From positions 224,001-288,000 of the forward strand of contig OZ223265.1 in NCBI GenBank assembly GCA_965140585.1: a stretch of DNA of 64,000 bases, read 5' to 3'. Under the pieces are notes generated by a model that was not told the origin of the DNA, made no database searches, and was given only the letters and a program-made list of their open reading frames with translations. Position numbers and translations under genes: made by a program. Below are positions 9,862-19,207 of the stretch, one piece after another. The DNA comes from Spirochaetia bacterium (GTDB lineage: Bacteria; Spirochaetota; Spirochaetia; UBA9216). Positions within the stretch are counted from its first letter, which is position 1. Each line of letters starts with the position of its first letter.

Positions 9862-11364
9862 ATGGGCAAATACATACTGGCACATGATCTTGGCACATCC
9901 GGGAATAAGGCAACACTGTTCAACGAAGACGGACAAATGATTAGCAGCTGTACAGTCCCTTATAATACAGAATATTTTAATGGCAATTGGGCAGAACAGA
10001 ATCCTGAAGACTGGTGGCAGGCTGTATGCAGCTCATCCCGCAGAGTACTTGCAGATATTGATTCGACGAAACTTGGCGCTGTTTCATTCAGCGGCCAGAT
10101 GATGGCTTGTATCTGCGTAAATAAAAAAGGCGAGGCAATCAGGAACGCTCTCATCTATTGCGATCAGAGGTCTGAAAAACAGGCAGAAGAGCTAATCTCA
10201 AAGGTAGGCTTCCGCAGAATTTACGATATTACAGGTCATAGACCCAGTTCGTCATACAGCCTCACAAAGCTGCTCTGGATTAAGGAATTCGAACCGGACA
10301 TTTACAATAATACATATAGAATGCTTCAGGCAAAAGACTACATGAATTTCAAGCTTACCGGAAATTATTTCACCGATTTTTGTGATGCAAGCGGAACAAA
10401 TGCCTTTTCCCTGAAAGATCTTACCTGGTCTGCTGAAATAGTTGAAGCTTCCGGCATCAGGCATGAACTGCTTCCGGAAACAGTAGCCTCAACTACAATC
10501 ATTGGTGAAGTTACCAAAGAAGCCTTTGAAGCTACAGGGATTCCAGCAGGAACCCCTGTTACAGCAGGGGCCGGGGACGGAGGATGCGCAACTCTTGGTG
10601 CCGGATCTTATGAGCCGGGAATGGCATACTGCTACATGGGTTCATCATCATGGGTTTCAGTTACATCGAATGCCCCTCTAGGCGATGATGAAATGAAAAC
10701 ATTCACCTGGGCTCATCCGATAGAAGGACTTTATCAGCCATGTGGTACAATGCAGACTGCAGGGAGTTCAATCAGCTGGTACAGCGAGCTTATGAATGGC
10801 AGCATTTCAGGGGAAGTTCTTGAAGAAATGAACAGTCTGGCTTTAGACGGCCCGGCAGGTTCCGGCGGAGTTTTCTATCTGCCCTACCTTCTCGGCGAAC
10901 GTTCTCCATGGTGGGATCCTAACGCAAAGGGCGGTTTTATCGGGCTGAATCTGAATACGGAGCGTAAACACATGGCCAGATCCGTATTTGAAGGAATTGC
11001 CATGAATCTGAATGAATCTCTTAAGATTATGAAGGAAAGTTCAGGATTCGACAGCATAAGCTTTATCGGCGGTGGTGCAAACGGAAGGGCTCTGAGACAG
11101 ATTTTTTCAGACACCTTCGGTGTTCAGATCAACATCCCCAAGCTGTTGTCAGAAGCAACAAGCATGGGTGCCGCATTGCTTGGAGGTGTTGGAACCGGAA
11201 TCTACAAGGATTTCAGTATCGTCGAAAAAATGAATCCATATGTTGAGACAATTGAACCTGATATGAAAAAATATGATTTTTACAAGGATCATAGTAAAAT
11301 ATTCAACAAATTATATAAGAACCTTAAGAGTTCTTTCAGTGACATTGCGAAGGCAGGATATTGA
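9862..11364 (+). CDS. FGGY-family carbohydrate kinase (xylulokinase-like), canonical motifs
   Basis: AHDLGTSGNKA, GAGDG, PYLLGERSP and IGGGA motifs. Confidence 0.9.
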   Translation: MGKYILAHDLGTSGNKATLFNEDGQMISSCTVPYNTEYFNGNWAEQNPEDWWQAVCSSSRRVLADIDSTKLGAVSFSGQMMACICVNKKGEAIRNALIYCDQRSEKQAEELISKVGFRRIYDITGHRPSSSYSLTKLLWIKEFEPDIYNNTYRMLQAKDYMNFKLTGNYFTDFCDASGTNAFSLKDLTWSAEIVEASGIRHELLPETVASTTIIGEVTKEAFEATGIPAGTPVTAGAGDGGCATLGAGSYEPGMAYCYMGSSSWVSVTSNAPLGDDEMKTFTWAHPIEGLYQPCGTMQTAGSSISWYSELMNGSISGEVLEEMNSLALDGPAGSGGVFYLPYLLGERSPWWDPNAKGGFIGLNLNTERKHMARSVFEGIAMNLNESLKIMKESSGFDSISFIGGGANGRALRQIFSDTFGVQINIPKLLSEATSMGAALLGGVGTGIYKDFSIVEKMNPYVETIEPDMKKYDFYKDHSKIFNKLYKNLKSSFSDIAKAGY

Positions 11365-12899
11365 GTATGAAATCAGATCTGATTCTTTCCCACAACCTGG
11401 GAACCACCGGAAACCTGGCGGTATTGTATGACAGCAATGGAACAATACTGAAATCATGGTTTTCGGGTTATCAGACTGAATACAGACATGGTAACAAGGT
11501 AGAACAGGACGCGAATGACTGGTGGAATGCGGTCTGTGAATCGACTCTCGGAGTTCTGCGAGGAATAAATGAAAGGTCGATAAATTCCGTTTGTTTCAGC
11601 GGTCAGATGATGGGCTGCCTTTGCATTGACAAGGACGGATATCCGCTGGCCAACTCAATAATATGGGCTGACATGAGGGCCGAAAAAGAAGCAGCAAAAC
11701 TTAACGATGATATTGACGAAACAAAATTCTACCATATCACCGGACACAGAATAAGCCCCTCCTACTCTCTCGCAAAACTCATGTGGATTAAGAGGAATAA
11801 TCCGGAAATATACAAAAGAACCTCAAAAGTTATTCAGGCAAAAGACTACATTGTTTATAAACTTACCGGAAAGATATTAACTGACTACTCTGATGCATCC
11901 GGTACGAATATGTTCGATCTCGGCAACTTTGAGTGGTCAGATACAATCCTTTCAATCGCAGGAATAAACAGGGAACTTCTTCCCGAAGCTGTTGCATCTA
12001 CAACTGTAGCCGGTGAAGTTACAATTGAAGCTGCTGCAGAAACCGGACTGCTCCCCGGAACGCCAGTGGTAATAGGGGCCGGAGACGGACTATGCTCAAA
12101 CATAAGCTCCGGATGTACTGAAGCGGATGAAGCATTCATGTATTTTGGATCATCTGCCTGGATAGGACTGACAAAAGATGAACCGTATTACGACAGCGAA
12201 TTAAGAACTTTTAACTGGGCTCATGTTCAAAAGGGAAAAAGCATGCCATGCGGGACAATGCAGGCTGCAGGAAATACTGTTAACTGGCTGAACAAGGAAA
12301 TTGCTCGAATAGAAAGTATTCAGGCCGAAAGGCAGCAAGTTCACATCAATAATCTGATCGACCAGGAAATTCAAAACTCAAATCCTGGTGCAAACGGTAT
12401 GCTCTTCCTGCCTTATCTAAGCGGAGAACGAAGCCCGCACTGGAATCCGGATGCCGCCGGTGTTATTCTTGGGCTTAAAATGGATCACACAAGAAGTGAC
12501 TTTTTCAGAGCATCAATCGAGGGAATTGCATTGAATCTCAAATTGATCTGGGATTCCCTTGGAGAGCAGATCTCATGCAGGGAACTTGTACTTGTTGGAG
12601 GCCTTTCATTGAGTCCTGTAAAAAAACAGATTCTTTCTGACGTCCTGGATGTGATTGTTGTCAACAACAATCACTCCCGTGATTCCAAACCATTCGGGGC
12701 TGCTGTAATTGGAGGCCTTGGTACTGGAATATTTTACAACCTTCAAGATGCCGGGCGTATTATAAAAAAAATTGATCCTGTACACCCTGATCCTGCCAGA
12801 GTTGCTCTATATAAAAAATTACTGCCGGTATTCAAGGAAGGTTATGAAAATCTCAAACCTACTTTCAAAAATCTTAGTTATCTGGACGGAGGAAAATAA
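11361..12899 (+). CDS. Second FGGY-family kinase paralogue with a degenerate phosphate-1 motif
   Basis: Colinear with the upstream kinase, but has HNLGTTGNLA in place of HDLGTSGNKA and VGGLS in place of IGGGA. Confidence 0.85.
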   Translation: MSMKSDLILSHNLGTTGNLAVLYDSNGTILKSWFSGYQTEYRHGNKVEQDANDWWNAVCESTLGVLRGINERSINSVCFSGQMMGCLCIDKDGYPLANSIIWADMRAEKEAAKLNDDIDETKFYHITGHRISPSYSLAKLMWIKRNNPEIYKRTSKVIQAKDYIVYKLTGKILTDYSDASGTNMFDLGNFEWSDTILSIAGINRELLPEAVASTTVAGEVTIEAAAETGLLPGTPVVIGAGDGLCSNISSGCTEADEAFMYFGSSAWIGLTKDEPYYDSELRTFNWAHVQKGKSMPCGTMQAAGNTVNWLNKEIARIESIQAERQQVHINNLIDQEIQNSNPGANGMLFLPYLSGERSPHWNPDAAGVILGLKMDHTRSDFFRASIEGIALNLKLIWDSLGEQISCRELVLVGGLSLSPVKKQILSDVLDVIVVNNNHSRDSKPFGAAVIGGLGTGIFYNLQDAGRIIKKIDPVHPDPARVALYKKLLPVFKEGYENLKPTFKNLSYLDGGK

Positions 12900-13289
12900 A
12901 TGGAAAAATTAATACAGCATCTGTTTTCAATAGGAGCAGAAGATTATTTTCGAAAAATGAATCTTTCAGTAGATGAATTATTTTCAAACAGTCTTATAAA
13001 ATCAAACCCCTATTCTGAACACAACTGGGAAATCAGAGAAAATGATCAATTTACTATTGTAAACGCGGTTCCTGACATACAACTTCAGGACAGATTATTC
13101 TGGGAGGAATGGTACATTTTCAACACTGTAGAGATCCATCATCACATACTCTCACTATGGAAGCCCAAATCCTACGACGAAATATTTGAATGTCCAAAAT
13201 CCGATGAAATACATCCGGCTCTGACTTTTGGAAAACGCTGGTATGTTATTGATGATCCGGATATGACTCCCTGGCTGCTCAGGAGGTAA
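12900..13289 (+). CDS. Hypothetical protein within the sugar operon
   Basis: Starts immediately after the upstream stop, has a GGAGG SD and lies 3 nt before the next gene. Family not recognised. Confidence 0.75.
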   Translation: MEKLIQHLFSIGAEDYFRKMNLSVDELFSNSLIKSNPYSEHNWEIRENDQFTIVNAVPDIQLQDRLFWEEWYIFNTVEIHHHILSLWKPKSYDEIFECPKSDEIHPALTFGKRWYVIDDPDMTPWLLRR

Positions 13290-13292
13290 AAA

Positions 13293-14294
13293 ATGAAATA
13301 CGGCTATTTCGGCTCAACCGGTCTCAGGATGAGCAGGATTGCATTCGGAGTTCAAACTTTCGGATGGAGTGTTGAGGATAAAGATGCTTTTAATATGCTC
13401 GACTACTATCATGACCAGGGCGGCAACTACATTGATATTGCCGATTCATACAATAATGGGAGGGCAGAGGAAATTACCGGTAGTTGGTTAAAAAACAATC
13501 CGAGTCGTGAAGACATCATCGTCGGAACAAAGGTTTTTTTTCCAACCGGATCCGGTGAAAACCAGAGAGGACTGAGCCGTAAACATATCATACAGTCAGT
13601 TGAAACAAGCCTAAAACGTCTGAACACTGATTACATCGATTTATACCAGCTCCACTGCTTTGACAGGATGACTCCGATAGAAGAAATCACAAATACTATG
13701 AACATCCTGATAAATACAGGTAAGATTAGGCATTACGGTCTGTCAAATTATACAGCATCAGCAATAACAGAGAACATCTACACGGCATCAGATGCGGGGT
13801 TGATTAAACCGTCTTCGGTTCAGCTTGAATACAGCCTGCTGGTACGCAGCAGTGAATGGGAACTGATTCCTGTTTGCAGCAGATACCACCTGGGAATTCT
13901 TGCATGGTCCCCTCTCTCAGGCGGATGGCTAACCGGAAAATACCGTAGAAACAAAAATCTGCCGGAGGACAGCCGGGCAGGAATCGGCGATCGCTGGGAT
14001 GATAATGAAGAACAGCGCGGGGGCAGCAAGACCTTTGATATCATTGAGAAACTGATAAACATCTCCGCTGAGCTGCAATGTACCCCCTCCCAGCTCAGCC
14101 TGGCATGGATGCTGAACAGGAAGGAAGAAGTGTTCCCATTGATTGGAGCGAGAACTACCGAGCAGCTCTGCGGCAATCTGAAGGCTGTTGATATTGAACT
14201 CACAGATGGACATATAGCAGAACTTAACAGTATTTCAGCTGTTGATGCTCCTTATCCATACAATTTTATAAGCAGGTACACACGGCATGAATAA
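13293..14294 (+). CDS. Aldo/keto reductase
   Basis: IDIADSY, GTK, LYQLH and WSPLSGGWLTGKY motifs. Confidence 0.92.
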   Translation: MKYGYFGSTGLRMSRIAFGVQTFGWSVEDKDAFNMLDYYHDQGGNYIDIADSYNNGRAEEITGSWLKNNPSREDIIVGTKVFFPTGSGENQRGLSRKHIIQSVETSLKRLNTDYIDLYQLHCFDRMTPIEEITNTMNILINTGKIRHYGLSNYTASAITENIYTASDAGLIKPSSVQLEYSLLVRSSEWELIPVCSRYHLGILAWSPLSGGWLTGKYRRNKNLPEDSRAGIGDRWDDNEEQRGGSKTFDIIEKLINISAELQCTPSQLSLAWMLNRKEEVFPLIGARTTEQLCGNLKAVDIELTDGHIAELNSISAVDAPYPYNFISRYTRHE

Positions 14295-15219
14295 AAATGG
14301 AAAAATTACAGTCTTGGGAAGTTTTGTTGTTGATTTAATGGGAAGAGCTAACCACCTACCGCTTCCCGGAGAAACAGTGCTTGGAAGCACATTTAAGATG
14401 GGCCCCGGCGGAAAGGGTTCAAACCAGGCGTCAGCAGCTCACCGGGCTGGGGGAAGTACAGCCTTCATCACCAAGCTTGGAACAGACCTTTTCAGCAATG
14501 TAGCTAAAGATTTCTACCGGGAAGAGAAAATGGTAACAGATTATCTTCTTACTGACGAAGTTCTCCCAACAGGAACGGCACTGATACTGGTCGATGAAGA
14601 AACATCCCAGAACAGTATAATTGTAATACCTGGTGCCTGTATGAACATCACCAAAACGGATCTTGAAACAGTCTCCCCCGCACTTGTCGAAGCGTCAATC
14701 CTTCTCTGCCAGCTTGAAACCAATCTTGATATCCTGAAGCCGGCAGTCGAGACTTTTAGAAACGGCGAGACACCCTGTAAAACTGCAATACTGAATCCGG
14801 CTCCCGCCCGGGAACTTCCTGCAGATCTGATTTCACTTTTTGATATTGTTACTCCAAATGAAGTAGAGGCATCTATTCTTACCGGAGTTGAGGTCACAGA
14901 CTTCAAAACAGCAGAAAACGCTGCAGATGTATTTCTGAAAATGGGCATTCAAACTGCAGTGATAACTATGGGCAGCCGAGGCCTTCTGATAAAAAACGAG
15001 GATGTTGAAATTATACCACCGTTCGAAGTGAATGCTTTGGATACAACAGGCGCTGGTGATGCATTCAACGGCGGTTTTGCAGCTGCTCTATCATGGGGAT
15101 GGCCCATTTCTGATGCAGCACGTTTCGGCGCCGCTACTGCCGCATTATCTGTAACAAAGATAGGGACAGCCCCGGCAATGCCTTACAAGGCGGAGATAGA
15201 AGAACTTCTTGCAAAATAA
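14287..15219 (+). CDS. rbsK: Ribokinase (PfkB family)
   Basis: GGKGSNQA, NPAPA, TPNEVEA and DTTGAGDAFNG motifs. Confidence 0.85.
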   Translation: MNKNGKITVLGSFVVDLMGRANHLPLPGETVLGSTFKMGPGGKGSNQASAAHRAGGSTAFITKLGTDLFSNVAKDFYREEKMVTDYLLTDEVLPTGTALILVDEETSQNSIIVIPGACMNITKTDLETVSPALVEASILLCQLETNLDILKPAVETFRNGETPCKTAILNPAPARELPADLISLFDIVTPNEVEASILTGVEVTDFKTAENAADVFLKMGIQTAVITMGSRGLLIKNEDVEIIPPFEVNALDTTGAGDAFNGGFAAALSWGWPISDAARFGAATAALSVTKIGTAPAMPYKAEIEELLAK

Positions 15220-15221
15220 AA

Positions 15222-16022
15222 CTATTCAGTTTCGGAGGCGACCAGGGTATTTATTTCCAGACTCTCATAGAGATTTCTTATATCTTCAGAGATTGTATCC
15301 GTTATGAGCAGATCAATCTGTTCAGGTGTTGCGAAATTAATAAATGAATCGGTTTCAATCTTGGTACTATCACAGAGAAGAATAACCTTGGAAGATATTC
15401 CGATCATTTGACGCTTTATTTCAGACTGACCGATATCAGGAGTACTTGCCCCCTTTCTTGCCGAGAACGAATTGGCTCCTAAAAAGGCCTTATCAACAGA
15501 GATCTTTCTCAGGTCGGTAAAAACATCATTGTTTACCGTACAATGAAAACCTTTTCTCAGCAGTCCGCCGACCATATAAACATCACAGCCCGGTGCCTCT
15601 TCCAACTCTGCCGCAACCTTGATATCATTTGTTACAACAGAAATATTATTTTTATATTTAAGAAGGATAGCCAGTTCCTTAATTGTTGTACCGGTATCAA
15701 GTATTATAGTATCACCGTCATCAATTTCCTCAAGAGCAGCCCGGGCAATCATCCTTTTGGCGTTCAAGTTTTTATCAGCCCTGAAGTCCATAACCGGTTC
15801 ATAACCTGTACGACTCCGTCTGATTGCACCACCGTGAGTTCTAGTAATCTGACCGGATTTACCAAGCTCTCTGAGGTCGTTACGCATGGTAGCCCCTGAA
15901 ACGGAAAAAAATTCACAGAGTTCAGGAACTGTTACTCTACGTTTTTCATTAATATAATCAACAATCCGCTTCTTCCGCTCTTCTGCAAAAAGAGTTTTAT
16001 CTGCTGTGTTCATGTCTGTCAT
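15222..16022 (-). CDS. DeoR/GlpR family transcriptional regulator
   Basis: N-terminal HTH (VSGATMRNDL, RTHGGA) and LDTGTT sugar-phosphate-binding domain. Confidence 0.93.
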   Translation of the reverse strand: MTDMNTADKTLFAEERKKRIVDYINEKRRVTVPELCEFFSVSGATMRNDLRELGKSGQITRTHGGAIRRSRTGYEPVMDFRADKNLNAKRMIARAALEEIDDGDTIILDTGTTIKELAILLKYKNNISVVTNDIKVAAELEEAPGCDVYMVGGLLRKGFHCTVNNDVFTDLRKISVDKAFLGANSFSARKGASTPDIGQSEIKRQMIGISSKVILLCDSTKIETDSFINFATPEQIDLLITDTISEDIRNLYESLEINTLVASETE

Positions 16023-16024
16023 AA

Positions 16025-16879
16025 TTACAACCTGCCTAAAGAATACCTGATTCCGGTTTCAGCAGGATTTATCCTGCCGCCAAGACCACTTTCACTGACC
16101 ACTGATTCGATTGACTCTCTTGAAACCGTATTAAATTCAAACATTCCGAAATGATGAGGAACAGCATACTTTATATCATGTTTCCTCACTATCCGGCAAA
16201 CCTCACTGATGTTAAAATTGCCCAGGATACCCTTTGAACTAAGTTCTTCACGACGTCCGTTCACCGGCATTAGGGCAAGGTCTATCTCATAGGGCTCAAG
16301 CCAATTGTCCAGTTCCGGATAAGGAATGCAATCACCTGAATGATAAATTGTATACGGGCCGAACTCAAGAATAAATCCAAGAAAAAAATAATTACCACTG
16401 CTGTCTCGATCAAGAGTTTCATGAGCAGCCGGAATCGCATGAATAAACAGGCTGGATCCGGCTTCAAATTTTCTACCGGCATCTATAGCTGTAATTTTCC
16501 CTTCGGGAACGCCCCTCTGGGCGGCAATTTCTCTGACAGCTTCAGGGACAACAAACCTGCATGAAGGGCTCAGACTGCTTAGAACAGGTATTAATCCCGG
16601 ATCCATGTGATCAGAATGTGAATGAGAGCAAAGGCAATAATCAATATCAGTAAGTTCATACATGGAAATTGGAGGAGGCATCATTCTCTCATGGGGAAAT
16701 TCAGTCCCCTTGTACTTAACCGAAAGAAAATCTGAGAGGTAAGGATCTATTAAAAATTTAAGGTTTCCGATACAGATAAGAAACCCTGCCTGCCCCAGCC
16801 ACCAGAAATTCAAATCATCGTTAACCGTCTTCCGGTAGAATGAAATATCCTGTTTTACTTGTTTTAGGGTCTTGTTCAT
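16025..16879 (-). CDS. Metallo-beta-lactamase-fold hydrolase (UlaG lactonase-like)
   Basis: WLGQAGF, IDPYLS, SHSHSDHMD, YHSGD, PVNG and PHHF motifs. Confidence 0.85.
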   Translation of the reverse strand: MNKTLKQVKQDISFYRKTVNDDLNFWWLGQAGFLICIGNLKFLIDPYLSDFLSVKYKGTEFPHERMMPPPISMYELTDIDYCLCSHSHSDHMDPGLIPVLSSLSPSCRFVVPEAVREIAAQRGVPEGKITAIDAGRKFEAGSSLFIHAIPAAHETLDRDSSGNYFFLGFILEFGPYTIYHSGDCIPYPELDNWLEPYEIDLALMPVNGRREELSSKGILGNFNISEVCRIVRKHDIKYAVPHHFGMFEFNTVSRESIESVVSESGLGGRINPAETGIRYSLGRL

Positions 16880-16886
16880 ACACAGT

Positions 16887-17507
16887 CTATTTTATCATAT
16901 TTTTAGCTGCTGCGCTGAGTTCTGAAATCTTTTCAAATTGTCCGGCTTTGATATAGTCCGGTTTCACCATCCAGCTTCCGCCACAGGCGCACACATTTGA
17001 AAGCGCCAGATAGTCAGTAAAATTTTCTTCATTCAATCCGCCTGTCGGCATAAACTCAGCACTGTATACACTGGCAAATGTTTTCAGCATCGGTATTCCA
17101 CCTGAAAGAGCTGCAGGAAAGAATTTCAAAACCTTCAGACCTGCATGCATAGCCACCTCAATCTGGGAGGGGTTTGTAACACCAGGAATTACGGGAATTC
17201 CCTTTCTTATACAGGCTTCTACAATTGCCGGATTATAGCCGGGTGCAACAATAAATTCCGCACCTGCCTCTACCGCAGCATCAAGCTGCTCAAGAGTCAG
17301 TACTGTTCCCGCTCCGAGCAGAAGTTCAGGCATGTTATTTTTTATACTCCTGATTGAGGCTGCAGCGGCATCTGTCCTGAATGTAATTTCAGCAATATTA
17401 ATTCCGCCAGCTGAAAGAGCCCGAGCAAGCGGCAGTGCGTCGGACGGATTTTCAAGTTTAATTACTGGTACAAGTTTTTCTTCCTTCAATCGGTTAAAAA
17501 TATCCAA
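16887..17507 (-). CDS. eda: KDPG/KHG aldolase
   Basis: AEITFRT, GAGTV, KFFPA, MPTGG and GGSW motifs. Confidence 0.9.
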   Translation of the reverse strand: MDIFNRLKEEKLVPVIKLENPSDALPLARALSAGGINIAEITFRTDAAAASIRSIKNNMPELLLGAGTVLTLEQLDAAVEAGAEFIVAPGYNPAIVEACIRKGIPVIPGVTNPSQIEVAMHAGLKVLKFFPAALSGGIPMLKTFASVYSAEFMPTGGLNEENFTDYLALSNVCACGGSWMVKPDYIKAGQFEKISELSAAAKNMIK

Positions 17508-17540
17508 GTTTAACTCCTGTCATATAATTTTATATAAAAC

Positions 17541-17647
17541 ACGATATGTAATTTGTTATCATTTGTCAAGCTTTGTTTATCATTTAATATTGACATCTAA
17601 CAAACTGCAGGCTAATATAACAACATATCATTATCATTTGTTGTTAT
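17541..17647. promoter_or_regulatory. Divergent sigma70-type promoters with a repeated operator-like motif
   Basis: Plus strand: TTGACA(17590)-N17-TAATAT. Minus strand: TTGACA(17569-64)-N17-TATCGT. TTATCATTT occurs at 17556, 17577 and 17631. Confidence 0.65.
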
Positions 17648-17669
17648 TTAACAATTTCAGGAGAATTGA

Positions 17670-18620
17670 ATGAACAGATATATACCTGCTGAAGAAAGAA
17701 CAATGTATTTTATCGGTGTCACGACCGGAAAATCATCAATTATGAAAGTCTTTCCCAGATGGGCGGAACATCTTGGATTGAATGCTGTCATAAAAGGCTT
17801 CGATTTCACGCCTCACTCAAGTCCGGCTCTTTACAGGGAAGCAGTTGAATTCATTAAACATGATAAATTATCTCTGGGCGCGCTGGTAACAACACACAAG
17901 CTTGATCTGATGAAGGCCTGTGGAGATCTTTTTGAAGGCAAAGGAGAATACACCCGTCTCATTGATGAAGCCAGCTCAATTTCAAAACGCGGTACTGAAT
18001 TATGGGCACATGCAAAAGACCCTATAACCAGCGGTCTTTCCCTTGAAGCTATTGCATCAGATGAATACTGGAAAAATACAGGAGTAGAACTGATGCTTAT
18101 TGGAGCAGGAGGCTCTTCACTTGCTTTGAGTCTGTATTTGATAAATAAGCTTAAATCCGGCGGAAGGCTGCCGAAAAAAATTATTATTACCAACCGTTCA
18201 GAAACAAGATTGAACGAAATGAAGCAGATTCATAAAAAACTGAATACCGAAGCACCCTTTGAATATCATCTCTGCCCTTCCGCATCGGACAATGACAAAA
18301 TTGTTTCACAGTTGAGTCAGGGGGCATTGATAGCCAATGCAACTGGTCTGGGGAAGGATATGCCAGGGTCTCCTCTGACTGATAAAGTTGTATTTCCCGA
18401 GAACGGTATTATATGGGATTTCAACTACAGAGGAGAACTCATATTCCTGGAGCAGGCTTCAAAACAGCAGAAAAGTAAGAACTTAAGAATAGAGGATGGA
18501 TGGTTCTACTTCATTCATGGATGGACAAGGGTAATAGCAGAAGTCTTTCATATTGATATACCGACAAGCGGACCTGAATTTGAAAAACTTTCAGAAATAG
18601 CCGCATCTACAAGGAGTTAA
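17670..18620 (+). CDS. Divergent shikimate-dehydrogenase-like NAD(P) oxidoreductase
   Basis: VTTHK (compare VTxPxK), IGAGGS, NRS, NATGLG and WDFNY motifs; the AroE HSxSP motif is absent. Confidence 0.75.
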   Translation: MNRYIPAEERTMYFIGVTTGKSSIMKVFPRWAEHLGLNAVIKGFDFTPHSSPALYREAVEFIKHDKLSLGALVTTHKLDLMKACGDLFEGKGEYTRLIDEASSISKRGTELWAHAKDPITSGLSLEAIASDEYWKNTGVELMLIGAGGSSLALSLYLINKLKSGGRLPKKIIITNRSETRLNEMKQIHKKLNTEAPFEYHLCPSASDNDKIVSQLSQGALIANATGLGKDMPGSPLTDKVVFPENGIIWDFNYRGELIFLEQASKQQKSKNLRIEDGWFYFIHGWTRVIAEVFHIDIPTSGPEFEKLSEIAASTRS

Positions 18621-18623
18621 ATA

Positions 18624-19205
18624 ATGGATATACCTTTTTTTATTGAAAAACCAACCTACTTCGATCCTGAAACAGGATTAACCGACAGCATTCCGGCACT
18701 TGAAAGAAGATACTCTGATATGAAAAACATGTATCACGATGAGGCTGCCAGAACTGCACTTGAAGAAAACGGTAATAACCTGGTTTACCGGTTTTATGAT
18801 TTCGGGGTTCAGGAAAAAGCAGGGGATCTGTGTTTTGGAACAAGCATTGTCTACCCCGGCAAGGTTGGAAATGAATACAATATGACAAACGGTCACTTTC
18901 ACACAATTATCGACACAGCCGAAATCTACTACTGCCAGGCCGGTTATGGAATGATGATGATGGAAAGTCCTGAAGGCGATATCATGTACAAAGAAATGCG
19001 CCCCGGACAGGCTGTTTATGTACCCGGGAGATATGCACACAGAAGCATCAATCTGTCTGATACAGAAACCCTTATCACATTTTATGTATTCAGGGCTGAT
19101 GCGGGTCATGATTACGGCGCCATTAAAGAAAAAGGCTTCAGAAAACTTGTTGTTGAAGAAGAAGGAAACTGGAAAGTAATTGATAACCCAAAATGGACTG
19201 AATAA
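18624..19205 (+). CDS. Cupin-type (archaeal-like) glucose-6-phosphate isomerase family protein
   Basis: PGKVGNEYNMTNGHFH, EIY, HRSIN and AGHDY motifs. Confidence 0.85.
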   Translation: MDIPFFIEKPTYFDPETGLTDSIPALERRYSDMKNMYHDEAARTALEENGNNLVYRFYDFGVQEKAGDLCFGTSIVYPGKVGNEYNMTNGHFHTIIDTAEIYYCQAGYGMMMMESPEGDIMYKEMRPGQAVYVPGRYAHRSINLSDTETLITFYVFRADAGHDYGAIKEKGFRKLVVEEEGNWKVIDNPKWTE

Positions 19206-19207
19206 AA

